This document shows positions 25,301 through 38,253 of a stretch of 64,000 bases of DNA, in pieces; position 1 is the first letter of the stretch, and each line of letters starts with the position of its first letter. Source of the DNA: Dictyostelium discoideum (Eukaryota); the NCBI GenBank assembly GCA_000004695.1, contig CM000153.2:5312001-5376000 (forward strand), in the 5' to 3' direction. Made by a program: the position numbers and the translations under genes. The notes beneath the pieces were generated by a model, which made no database searches, had not been told where the DNA came from, and was given only the letters and a program-made list of their open reading frames with translations.

Positions 25301-25779
25301 TTGTTGAAACTGTACTTAATGGTCAAGGTTATAATTTAACCTCAACAAACCAACTATTAGGTACAATTGATTTATTAATTCAAAATCCTGGTCAAGAATC
25401 AAATAATTTAATGGTTGGTAATTTTAATTTCCCAGTTTTTAATAATTTCAAACAAAAGATTCATCAAAAATTTGATTTTATTTTTAATGCTCTTGATTCA
25501 AACTCTGAAAATGGTGATGGTAGTAATATCAAAAATTCAACAAATATTAAAGATAAATTTTTAAACAAAGTATCAGAATTTCTTTCAATTGATTCATCTA
25601 AAATTAATAATGATATTAAATTAATGAATTATGGTGCTGATTCATTAATTACTGTTCAATTAAAGAATTGGGTTGATAAAGAATGGTCTCCAAATTTAAT
25701 TACAATTCATCAAATTCAATCAAATTCAATTGGTATGGTTTGTCAAATTATAAATGATAATTTTGAAAAAAAAAAATAA
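19325..25779 (+). CDS. Type I iterative PKS (plus strand), exon 2: KS-AT-DH-ER-KR-ACP, ending 26 residues after the ACP with no release domain (total 2380 aa)
   Basis: Same motif order as the minus-strand PKS. Ends ...LMNYGADSLITVQLKNWVDKEWSPNLITIHQIQSNSIGMVCQIINDNFEKKK*. Confidence 0.85.
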
Positions 25780-25931
25780 ATTAAATAATCAAAATATCTA
25801 CCTTGTTTTTCAATCCCCTCTCTCTAATTTATCTTTCTTAAATTATTAAATAAAAAAAATAAAATAAAATAAGTTTAAAAAATGTTATTAAAACAAACAT
25901 CAATTATTGATTTATTTTTTGTTTTTTTAAT

Positions 25932-25967
<36 letters not shown>

Positions 25968-26337
25968 CTCACTGAGAAAATTATCAAACGTTATCAAATA
26001 AATAAGTTGATTTGATAATAACGTTTCTTTAAAGAAAAAATAATAAAAAAAAAAAAATCAATTATTATCAAATTATTAAGTTAATAAAAAGAAACGTTAG
26101 GTAACAAAATCATTCCCAAAGATATTTCAGATTTTTTTAATTCAACGAATTACAAATTTTTATTTTTTTAAATTTTTTTTTTCAATAAAAAAAAGAAAAA
26201 TCATCAAACAAAAAAACAAGATATTTTCCATGGTTTTTTTTTATTTTTTTTTTTTTTGCTTTTATATAAATAACGTTTATTTTTTTTTATTTTTTTTTAT
26301 TATTTTTTTATTTAAACTAAATAGTATAATAAAAAAA

Positions 26338-26401
26338 ATGGAACAAGAAAATAATAATAACAAAGACATAAAAACAATTGATAGTATCAATATCAATAAT
26401 G

Positions 26402-26472
<71 letters not shown>

Positions 26473-27834
26473 TTTGGTAGAAGGAACAGAAATAATAGAC
26501 CAAATGGTCAAAACCGTAGAGACTATGACGATAGAAGAAAGATTATATCTGAAAAACCAGAAAATCAACCAAGAAGTAATAATTATCATGGTAAAGGTAG
26601 AAGATACAATGATAGAAATAATTTAAATGTAGCTTCGTTGAATCAAAATGAATCCGTGGCAACTTCCAATACAACAACAACAACACCAACAACAACAACA
26701 CCAACAACAACACCAACAAACATAAATTCGAGTATAGAGAAAATTGAAAAAACTACATTATCAATAAAAGGATGGGGAGATAGATTACCAAAAATTGGAA
26801 AAACAATAACTTTTTTAAATTTTGAAAATTTAAGTATTCCAATTCCACAAGGTTATATACCAAATACAGTTACAAAAATTAAATTTGGTAGAATGTATAA
26901 TTGTGAATTATCGGTTGGTTCAATTCCAAATAGTGTTACCGATATACATTGGGGCAAAGGTGCAATTCCATTAGGAGGTGTGATACCAAATTCAGTTATA
27001 AATCTATCATTTAGTGATCAATTCTATCAAGATATAATACCAGGTAGTATTCCAAACTCTGTTAAATCAATTACCTTTGAAAATAGAATTGGTATTACTA
27101 AATTTGAAAGAGCCTATCATGGAAACCAAGTTAATAATGAAATCTCACCAAATGTTACACCAGTTTTACAAATTGGATCAATTCCATCATCAGTAACAAG
27201 TATTGAATTTGGTAGTTATAATTTTATTCCAAGTCCAGGTTTACTTCCAGATAGTATTAAATTATTGAAATTTGGTAAAGATTATACCCAAAAACTTTCA
27301 ATTGGATCAATACCAAACTCTGTAACAGATTTAGAACTTTCAAATAACAAATTCACATCAGAAATGATACCACCATCAGTAATAAATCTTTCATTTTATG
27401 AATGTTTTGGTGATTATGTTAATGTTGGCTCAATTCCAAATACAGTTAAATCAATTTCATTTGGTGCAAATTATAATAAACCAATCATTCAAGGAATGAT
27501 TCCACAATCAGTTGAAACAATAATATTTGGTAGAAATTTCAATAATACAATTTCACAAGATTCATTACCAAAAAATCTTAAAACATTAATATTTGGTAAT
27601 AGTCATAATCAAGTTTTTCAACCCAATGTATTACCACCATCATTAACAACTTTAGAATTTGGTGAAAGTCAAAGATTTAAAATTGATGAAAAATCATTAC
27701 CATCATTAAAAAACTTTAAATATAATAATAAAATATATGCTCAAGAAATTCCAAATCCGCCACCACTCCCAGAAGGTTCAGGTTATTTTTATTTGCAATT
27801 TAAACATTATAATGATAGAGGTTATAAAGATTAA
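26338..27834 (+). CDS. FNIP-repeat-containing protein (about 498 aa)
   Basis: About 12 tandem ~22-aa repeats of the form IPNSVTxLxFGxxFNQ (e.g. SIPNSVTDIHWGKGAIPLGGVIPNSVINLSFSDQF). N-terminal poly-Asn. The ORF-track start at 26230 is poly-T junk; the real ATG is at 26338. Confidence 0.8.
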
Positions 27835-27862
27835 AATAAAAAAAATAAAAAGTATATGGATT

Positions 27863-27899
<37 letters not shown>

Positions 27900-27910
27900 T
27901 ATTTTTATTA

Positions 27911-28579
27911 TTAATTTGTTAAATAAATTGGATTTAAAATTTTTGAATCTGATAAAGATAAATTTAATTTAATTACTTGACAATTATTTAATGGTAAATC
28001 ATGAGGTTGAGTAAAATAATAAAAGAAATCTGCATGACCAACTATAGCAATACTTGATTCAGGTCTAGTTAATAAGAATTGTTTAAATTGTTCAACACGT
28101 TTTAAAAGTGATGATTCAGATTCTCTAAATGGAATTTTCTTAAAGTATTGATCTGTATCAATTGAAAAATTTGTTTTTAATTCAATTAATTCTTCCATTT
28201 CTGGTATCCACCATCTTTGATCGTTAATTAATGAAAAATCAAATTCTGGATATTCATTCTCAATAATTGATTTAACTCTACCATTATCATCACTTGTTGT
28301 TAATAATTCTCTATGAATTGATGATACTAAACATTTGATTGATTTATCTTTAATTAATTGTAATAATGCAATTTTAGTTGTATCTAATGCTCTTGTTAAT
28401 GGTGATGTAATCACTAATTCAATATTATTTAATAAACTATTAACATTTTCTGATAATTGATTTGCTTGTTCCTTTCCAAGTTCTGTTAATCTTGCATCAA
28501 ATAAATATGGATCTTCAAATTCATTATAATTTTTATTAAATGTTGATTCACCATGTCTAATAATATATATTTCTTTCAT
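27911..28579 (-). CDS. Histidine phosphatase superfamily (phosphoglycerate-mutase-like) protein, 222 aa
   Basis: N-terminal IYIIRHGESTFN (RHGE catalytic His motif) and the downstream IAIVGHADFF second His block. Confidence 0.7.
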   Translation of the reverse strand: MKEIYIIRHGESTFNKNYNEFEDPYLFDARLTELGKEQANQLSENVNSLLNNIELVITSPLTRALDTTKIALLQLIKDKSIKCLVSSIHRELLTTSDDNGRVKSIIENEYPEFDFSLINDQRWWIPEMEELIELKTNFSIDTDQYFKKIPFRESESSLLKRVEQFKQFLLTRPESSIAIVGHADFFYYFTQPHDLPLNNCQVIKLNLSLSDSKILNPIYLTN

Positions 28580-28989
28580 TTTTTTATTATTTTTTTTTTT
28601 ATTTAATTAATATCATAATTAAATTTTTTTTTTTTTTTTTTTTTTTTTTTCAAAAAAAAAATATTATTTGTTTTTTCTCTATTTCCCTTTTTTTTTTTTT
28701 CTCTTTTTTTTTATTTTTTCTCTATTTCTCTCTTTTTTTTTACTCTTTTTTTTAAATTTTTTTTTTTTTTTTTTCAATTATTCAAGTTCTTAAAATAAAA
28801 ATAAAAAAAAAATAAAAAATAAAAAAAAAAAAATTGAAAATACGAAAATTAAAAATAAACACCGTCTTTTTTCAAGTTTTTATAAAAATCAAGATATTTT
28901 TTTTTTTTTTTATAAAAAACATTAATTATTAATAAAAACATTCAAATAAGAAAAAAAATAAAATAATAATAATAATCAAAAATATAATG

Positions 28990-29195
28990 ATCATTTATTT
29001 TATATTTTATCTTTTTGTGTATTTTGAGTGCTCTATTTTTGTATACTAAATTAATATTAAAAAAAATAAAAAAATAAAAAATAAAAAATAAAAAATAATA
29101 GAGTGATTACATTGATTTTTTTTATAATTTATATCATTTTGTGTATTTTTGAGTACTCTATTTATCTATACTGAATTTATATTAAAAATAATTAA
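28990..29195. repeat. Two direct copies of a ~65-bp element (..TTTTGTGTATTTTGAGTGCTCTATTT..TATACTAAATTAATATTAAAAA..) 240-440 bp upstream of the beta-helix gene A
   Basis: 28990..29065 and 29125..29195 are ~85% identical. Confidence 0.6.
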
Positions 29196-29429
29196 AAATA
29201 AATCATTTATTTATAAAAAAAAAAAAAAAAAAAAAAAATAATGAAAAGTAAAATGAAAAAAACAAAGGGGTTTGTGTTGTGAAAATATATTTTTTTTTTT
29301 ATTTTTTTATTTTTTTATTTTTTTATTTTTTTTTTTTTTTTTTTATTATCCAAGAGGCTTTCAATATTTTTTTTTTTTTCATTTTTTTTTTTTTTCAAAA
29401 CCAACAACAAAAAAAGATAGGATGTAATA

Positions 29430-29790
29430 ATGGGAAAAAATATTATAATTTTATTTATATTATTATATATATTTTCAATTATTAGACATAGCCACCAACA
29501 ATATACAAATAATGAAATCGATTTATATGTAAATAAAAATGGAAATGATACAAGTGGAGATGGTACAATAAATTCACCATTTTTCAGTATATGTAAAATA
29601 ATAAATGTAATAAATCAAACAATATCCTCTTCTTCTTTTTCTTCTTTTTCTTCTTCTTCTTCTTCTTCATCATCATCATCATCATACCAATCGATAATTG
29701 TTAATATTGGTATTGGTAATTATTCATGCTTGGGATGCCCAATTTATCAATTAAATAATTTTAATGAAATTATATTTCAACAATATTATT

Positions 29791-29861
<71 letters not shown>

Positions 29862-30876
29862 GAAGTTATAATTTTAGATTTAAATTTAATAGTATTAAAT
29901 TCAAAAATTATAATTAACGGTATTCAATTTTTATATGAAAATAATAAAGAAGAAAAGATTAATTTTTTAATTAAAGATGAATCAGAATTTATAATGAATA
30001 ATTCAAATATTTTTATAAAATCACATTATTTATCGTTTTATTTTCAAAATAATTCAAAATTAATTATTTTTAATGAATCAAAATTTCAACAAAGTGAATC
30101 TCTTCAAAGTGATTTATATTTTGAAAGTTCAATAATAATAGTTAATAATTCAATATTAGATAATCATTTATTTTTATTTAGTAATGATCAATATATTAAA
30201 ACAATTCAATTTTTAATTAGTGATTCAACATTTTATAATTCACATATTTATATAACTGGTAATTCAAAAGTTAATTTTTTAAATTCAAATTTTAGTGGTA
30301 CAATTGATTTATCATTATTTGGTTATAATTCAATTAATAATTATAATAATAATAATAATAAAGATTCAAATAATAATAATGAATTTAATATAATTAATTG
30401 TAATTTAAAATTTAAAAGAATTATTGGAAATATTGATGGTAAAAATATATTTCAAATTGGAGGTGGTATAATTTTTAAAATTATAAATTCATTTTTAGAA
30501 ATTGAAAAAGAAGAACAATTTATTGATCAAGCGATAATTGGAAATGAAAATTCAATGATTATATTAGATAATGTTGGATTTAGTGGATTCAATGTTTATG
30601 GATCATTTTTAATATTAAATCAAAGTAAATTAATAATGAATCAAATATCAGGTATTGATATTAAAGCCAAATCATTCATTAGAGTTTATTCAAATAGTGT
30701 TTTAGAATTAAATTCAATACATTTATTAAATTTTCAAGATTTTGAATTTATAGGTGAAGGAATTGAAAAGAATTTTGCATTAATTGATATTAGATCATCA
30801 TGTAATCTAACCATTTCAAATGTTAATTTTCATTTTAATGGTTTTCCAATTTTAATGAATAATGGTGGTGGTGAAT

Positions 30877-30934
<58 letters not shown>

Positions 30935-33932
30935 TCAAAGTATAATTAATGTTTTAAATTCAACATTTTCAAATATTCAAGGATTTAAATTTCATAATTC
31001 ATTAGTTTGGTTTAGTGATGTTTCAATTGAATCAATTAATAATGTTGAAAATTTAATTAAATTATTACAGGGTACAAATTTTCAATGTAAAAATTGTTTA
31101 TTTAAAAATCCAATACAAAGTAGTAATATTTATTTATTTTCAGTATCATCAGAATCAATAGTAAAGTTAACAAATTCAATAATTAGAAATTCATCATTAA
31201 TTGCATTAATTGATGAGAAATCAAATGTAACATTTGAAAATTGTACATTTTTAAATCTTTATTCAGCAAAAGGTGAAATTTTTAAATGTTTATCAAGTTC
31301 ATCATTAACATTTGAAAATTGTAATTTTAATCAAGTTTATTGTATAACAAATGGATTTATATTAATTTCAAATTATTCAATAATTAATATTTATTCATCA
31401 CAGCAACAACAAGGAGTGTTTAATAATGAATTTAAAAATTTTGGTATTGGTATGGAACCATTTGCAAAACTAATAAATAATAGTATTGGTACTATTAATG
31501 GTATTAATATGAGTACTACAGTATTTCAATCACAATTGTTTTTAATTGATGGTGAATCACAAATTGAGATTAATAATTCAAAATTTAAAGGATTATTTAA
31601 TTTTGGTGAAATGTTTACAGTGAATGGTAGATCAACTTTAAAATTTAAAGGTTGTTCATTTATTAGTAATAGATTTTCAATATTTATTTATTCCACTCAA
31701 TCAAATGTATTTATTAATGGTATTGAATATTTGGATAATTTGGGTACATTAATTTCAAGTGATAGAGATTATATTGAATTGAATTCAATTTTAATTGATA
31801 GTGAAAATAAATCAATTTATTTTAATTATTTATTTTATTTTTTTAAATCAAATATTGGAATTAGTAATGTAACCATTTCAAATAATTATTTTATGGGTAG
31901 TATTTTAGAATCCTATGATAGTACTATCAATTTTTTTGATTTTAATTTCATTTCAAATGAAAATTTATTAAATTTAAATGAAAAGAATAATGTTAGAGTT
32001 TCATCGACAATGTTATTTAAATCATCATTTATTACATTTAGAAATTGTGAAATTTCATTCAATATTCAAAATAGTGGTGATTTTTTAACAGTGATCGATA
32101 GTGGTGTCACTAAATTTATATCAACAAATATAACAAATAATCGAATTGAAATCAATGGTGGTTATTTAGTTAGAGTTAGTGATGGACCGATGGTTAGTTT
32201 TATTAATAGTTTAATTAGTTCAACCAATTCAATAACGGGTTTAATTGGTTTATTTATCAATTCAATGGTATCATTTGATAGTAGTATTTTTATAAATAAT
32301 TCAAATTCTTATCTTGGTGGTGTAACATATTTCGATAGAAGTTCAAGATATTATGAATTAACAAGATGTTCATTTCAATTGAATTCAGCTTCAGTTGGTG
32401 GTGTATTTTATACTGAAAATTTTATTTTTAATTTTTATCAAATTTTAAAAAATAATAAATTTTATCCATATAATAATTTCACTTTAAATAAAGCAATCTA
32501 TGGTGATTTTGTTGCATCATCACCAACTCTAATTAAAATTGAATTACCAGATTTAAATTCAAGTTTAACAAAACCAACAATTAAAATTCAAGATGATTAT
32601 TTAAATTTAGTTTCTGATAAAATTTATTTTGCAAATATTATAATTACAACTGTTTATTTTAATAATTCAAATTCAAATGAAGAAGCACAACAACAACAAC
32701 AACAACAAAATAAAACAAAATATGAACAAATTTTAATTAAAGGTGGTTTAGGTACATTTAATTATAATTTTAATGCACCAATAAGTGTTAAATATTTTGT
32801 AATTAATGTAACGATTATAGATGATGTAAATGAATTTCTTTCAATTGAAATTATAAAAAATAAAACTATTTGTAAAGATTATCAATTATATAATAGTGAA
32901 AATGGTGAATGTACAACATGTCAAGTTGGATTTTATAATTATCAAGGTTCATGTATAGCTTGTAATGAAAATTTAATTTGTATGGAAGGTGATATTCATT
33001 CAATTGATGGTTATTATTTAATTAATAAAATTAATTTTAATGATAATCAAACAAATGAAATTCATTATCAAGATAGTAGTGATGATGATAGTAGTGGTGA
33101 TAATGGTATTGGAAAATTAAAAGTTTATGAATGTCCAATTGGAATTTGTTTTGAAAATAATAAATGTCCAAATGATTTATATTATGGTATACTATGTTCA
33201 AGATGTATTAATGATACAGCGATTTGGGATAGAGATATTGATAGTTCATCAAATGGAAAGAATTTAATTAGATGTTGTAAAGAATTTAAACCAATTTTAT
33301 TAATACCTTTTATAATATTTTTAATTTTATTTGGACTTTTCATTTCATTATTTAAATATAATTTAACAACATTAATAATACCAATGATTTTAATGATTCA
33401 AATTAATTCAATAATTTTCATTTCATATCCTGCTATTTACATATTACCATTATCAAGATTCTCATTCGACTTTTTTAATGATATTTGTAGTTTTAGAATG
33501 GAATATATTTGGAAATCATTTTTATCAATGATATCAATGGTATTTGTATTTTTAATTGGTTGTTCAAATTTATCATTTATAACATTAACTACAATACCAT
33601 TTTTAAAATCATTTTCACAAAAAAGTAATATCATTAAAAATAATATCGAATTTCATTATAAATATTATTATGATAATTTTAATTTTAAAAGAAATTTAAA
33701 ATCAAAATTTAATATAATCATTTTATTATTTCAACCATTTTTATTCAATTTAATTTCAATGATAATTTCAAAAGAAATTAATTCAATTAATTATTTATTA
33801 ATTGATATTTCAATTTTATTTAAAAAATCATCATCACATTACTTTTTTTTTTGTTTTTATTTAATTTTATTAATTTTAATATTTTTAATTTTAATAATTT
33901 TAATTTTAAATTGTTTTTTTTATAAAATAATT

Positions 33933-33986
<54 letters not shown>

Positions 33987-34451
33987 TATAAGAAAAAATT
34001 TTATTTTATTTTTAAAATTATTTCAATTGGTTCAACTTATTTATTATTTAATAATAATAAAAGATCAATTGAATATAAAGATCAATTTAAATGGTGGGAT
34101 TTTATTATAATTTTAAAATCAATAATAATTATAATAATTTCAATTTCAATGTTATATAATTATAAATATTATCTTTTAGTATTATCAACTATTCAATTCA
34201 TTTTCTCTTATTTACAATTTGTAATTTATCCACAAAAGAAATCTTTTAATTATAAATTAAATAATTTATTAAATTTATTACAATTAATAATTTTAGTAAC
34301 TGTAGATTCAAATATTATTATTAAAAATTTATCACTTTATAATATTGGTTTATTTATCACAATCTTTACTTCATTTTCTTTAATTTTTTCTATAATTTAT
34401 TATAATTATTTTTTAAAAATTAATAAAAATAATAAAAATAAAAAAAATTAA
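29430..34451 (+). CDS. Large secreted/membrane protein A (1673 aa): signal peptide, ~1000-aa parallel beta-helix region with Pmp-like GGV[FY]/FxxN repeats, Cys-rich EGF/TNFR-like stalk, multipass (>=7 TM) C-terminal domain
   Basis: MGKNIIILFILLYIFSIIRHS signal peptide. Recurrent NSxF.NN..GG(V/A)(F/I)Y.. repeats (VGGVFYTENF, LGGVTYFDRS). CKDYQLYNSENGECTTCQVGFYNYQGSCIACNENLIC. Hydrophobic helices from LLIPFIIFLILFGLFISLF onward. Confidence 0.7.
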
Positions 34452-34714
34452 TATTAAATAATTATTATTATTATTATTCATATAAAAAGTTTTTTTTTTT
34501 ATTTTTTTTTTTTTTTTTTCGTAGTTGTATTCTTTTTTTAATATAATAAATTTATTTTGATCAGAAAAAATTTATTAAATTAAAAAAAATTTTTTTTTTT
34601 TTTTTTTTAAAAAAAATAATACAATTTCGGAAAAAAAAAATGATTGGTTTGTGATGTGTGGAAATGAAAACCCAAATAATCAAGTGACGTGTTCAAAAAA
34701 AATTAAATGTTACT

Positions 34715-34746
<32 letters not shown>

Positions 34747-34954
34747 AAATTAAAAAAAAAAAAAAAAAAAAAATATCTTGTTGACCTTTTTTTCATTTTT
34801 TTTTTTTTTTTTTCGTAACGTCTTTTCACAAAAAAAAAAAATAAAAAAAATAAAAAAAAAAAAAATAATAATAAACGTTGACAACAATAACAACAATACA
34901 TGAAAGGAATAATACTGATTTAAAATTTCCAAAAATAAATTATATAATAAATTA

Positions 34955-35054
34955 NNNNNNNNNNNNNNNNNNNNNNNNNNNNNNNNNNNNNNNNNNNNNN
35001 NNNNNNNNNNNNNNNNNNNNNNNNNNNNNNNNNNNNNNNNNNNNNNNNNNNNNN
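34955..35054. other. Assembly gap (100 N)
   Basis: Run of n characters. Confidence 1.
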
Positions 35055-35673
35055 AATAATAATAATAATATAATAACAAAAGATATAATAGATTATAATT
35101 TTAATAATCATATTAAAAATGATAATAGTAAATTTAATAATATTTTAAAAAAATACCAAATTAATAATAATACTTTTGAAAATGGTGCAATATTAGATTT
35201 AAATGATATTGGTAGTAATATTTTATATAAAAATGAAGATAAAGAAAAAGATGAAGAAGAATATTATTATTATAAAGAAAATCAAAATATATATAATAAA
35301 ATTGGTAATGATTTAAATTATAATTTTCAATATAATGAATATATTGAAAATAATGATTTCGAAAACAATCAACCAATTGATAATTTTAATGTAGAAGGTA
35401 GTGGTGGTGGTAAACAAATAATTTCTTATTATTTATCAAAGAATGGAAATGATACAACAGGAAATGGTACAATTAATTCACCATATCTTAGTATATGTAA
35501 AATTGTAAACATAATAAATAGTTATAATGGAATTAATATATTTAAAGTTTTTATTGAAATTGGAAATTATGAAGCAGTTGAAGGTTGTACATTAAATATT
35601 ATAAATAATTCAGTAGTTAGCTTAATTTACTTTACAAAAAATGAAATAATAAATAATAATAATAATAATAATT

Positions 35674-35719
<46 letters not shown>

Positions 35720-38127
35720 TAATTATAATAATAATAAATCAAATCTTATAATACCAAATATAATAAATTTAAATATAAATTTAAAAAATTCAACATTTTT
35801 TTTAAATTATATTAATTTACATTATTTTAATGAAAAAGTTATAAATATAACATATGGTATAAATACATTTCAATTTTTAATTGAAAATAGTAATTTACAT
35901 TGTGTAAATCCAAAATTACCATATTGTAATATTTTATTTAATAAATTAAATCAAAGTTTAATCATTAATGATGATAATGAAGCAATGATTTTAATAAAAA
36001 ATTCAAATATTATTAAATTTGATTTTTATTTTAATATTATTGAAATGAATGTAGAGAATTCAAATTTATATTTTACAAGTTTATATTCATTAATTAGTCA
36101 AAATTTAACATTTTCAAAATCATATTTTAATAATACATTAATTTATTTGGTTGAATATCAAGCAATAAATGTTTCAATTGATCATTGTAAAATGATTTAT
36201 GATTTTTCAAATAATATTCAAGTGTTTTTAATGGGAACAGGGAATATATTAACAATTTCAAATTCACAAATGGAAAGTACAGGTGAATTCTTTTCATCCT
36301 ATATCACTTGTAAGAATGCAAAAGTTCAATTGATGAATGTACAATTTATAAATTGGTATTTACTTAGACCATTTATAAATCTTAGTTTAAATTCAACATT
36401 AATTATGGAGAATGTTTTTGCAAGGAAAATGTATATACCAGCATTTATTGAAATTGGTAATAGTGAACTTATAATTGATACATTGGAAATTAGTGGTAAT
36501 AAATTGGTACTAATAATTATTGAAGGTCCATCAGTGATTTCAATTAGTTATTTGACATTAAAATATCAATCAGAACAAGGTTCACCAATTATGATGAATT
36601 TTCCAGGTGGTGGATTTGGAATGAAAACTATAATCAATATCACTTCTTCAAATTTTATAAATATCGATGGTTTCACATTAAAAGATGCTCAATTAACTTT
36701 ATTTAACGTTTCAATGCATAGTGATAGTATAAATAGTTTATTTGCATTATCATCAAGTCAACTATTTTCAAGTAAAAGTACATTTAGTAGTAGTTTAATC
36801 GTTGGTAGTTATTTTTTATTTTCATTAGATTTCACATCACTAGTTGATTTAGATCGTTGTATTCTTACAAATTCATCATCACTTTTTCAAGCAAATTCAT
36901 TTTCAAATATTACAATTACAAATTCATTAATTGATTCAGTATTCTCAAGATCGGTTGCAATTGAAATTCAAGGCGGTTCATCATTTACAATGATAAATTC
37001 AATTATTAATAAAACTTATGTTGTTAGTCAAAGTTTTATATATAGTTCTTCAAATTCTGATATCATAATTCATAAATGTAATTTCTTACAATTTGTAATG
37101 GGTTTAAAACCATTGGGTAATTTTTTAAATAGTAATGTTTTCATTGATCATTTGTTATTATATCAATCATTTTTTCAAAATCAAATTTTCGTTGCAACTT
37201 CATCAATTATGTATATTAGTGATACAAAGTTATTTAATAATTCAATATATGGTAGTGAAATGTTTTTATTAAATAATCAATCTTATCTATTAATGAATAA
37301 TTCTTTAATTTATGGTAATTCAATTTCAGTTTGTTTTTCAAGTTCTCATTCATTGGCAAATATTCATAATGTTACATTTCAAAATAATTCAGGTATTTTC
37401 TTATATAGTGTTGATAGTAAAATTAGTTTATCATTATTAGAATTTTCAAAGAATCCAATTTCATCATTATATTATTTATTTTATTTTACAAATTCATCTG
37501 CAACCTTTCAACAATTAACAATCGATTCAAATTATTTTATGGGTAGTGTAATTGAAGCTCATTTCTCTGAAATTTTATTTACAAATTTAATATTTTCATT
37601 AAATCAAAATGTTGATAATTTATTAAAGGATAGAGAATCACCATCATTAGTTTTCACTCATTCAAATGTTAAAATTATAAATTCAACAATTAATTCAAAT
37701 TCACAATGGTCTTTAGATTTAATTTGGTCACAAAAATCAATTTTAATAATTAAAAATAGTTTATTCAATTCAAATTCAATACCATATAATGGTTATTTAA
37801 TTAGATTAGAAACTTGTCATCTTTCTTTAGATCATTGTTTAATATTTGGTACTCAATCAATTGAAGGTACAATTGGTTCATTTAATTCAATAATTAATGC
37901 TACAAATAATTTATTCTTACAAAATAATGCTCTTGAAATGGGTGGTTGTTTTTTTCTTTCAAATTCTCAAATTTTATCATTTTCAAATAATTCATTTTTA
38001 AATAATACTGCTTCAATTGGTGCTGCAATCTTTACAAATGGCACTTTAATTAATAATACTTTAATTATTAAATCAAATAAATTTTTAAATAATAATGCAT
38101 ATGAATATGGTGATAATATTGGTTCAT
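35055..38127 (+). CDS. Beta-helix/Pmp-like membrane protein paralog B, 5' coding part; true start unknown because it is lost in or upstream of the gap; ends at a GTAAGT donor (phase 1)
   Basis: YLSKNGNDTTGNGTINSPYLSICKIVNIINS is collinear with YVNKNGNDTSGDGTINSPFFSICKIINVINQ in paralog A. GGCFFLSNS..IGAAIFTNG Pmp-like motifs. Confidence 0.55.
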
Positions 38128-38197
38128 GTAAGTTTTTTATTATTATTATTATTATTTTTTATTTTTCATTTTTAATTTAAAATATATATTAATCTAT

Positions 38198-38248
<51 letters not shown>

Positions 38249-38253
38249 AATAG

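Noticed and set aside
26230-26626. ORF-track ORFs 26230.. (start MVFFYFFFF), 26317..26589(-) and 26378..26626(+) composed of poly-F/I/N
   Set aside because: These are translations of the (AAT)n/(ATT)n microsatellite and poly-T. The real FNIP gene starts at ATG 26338.
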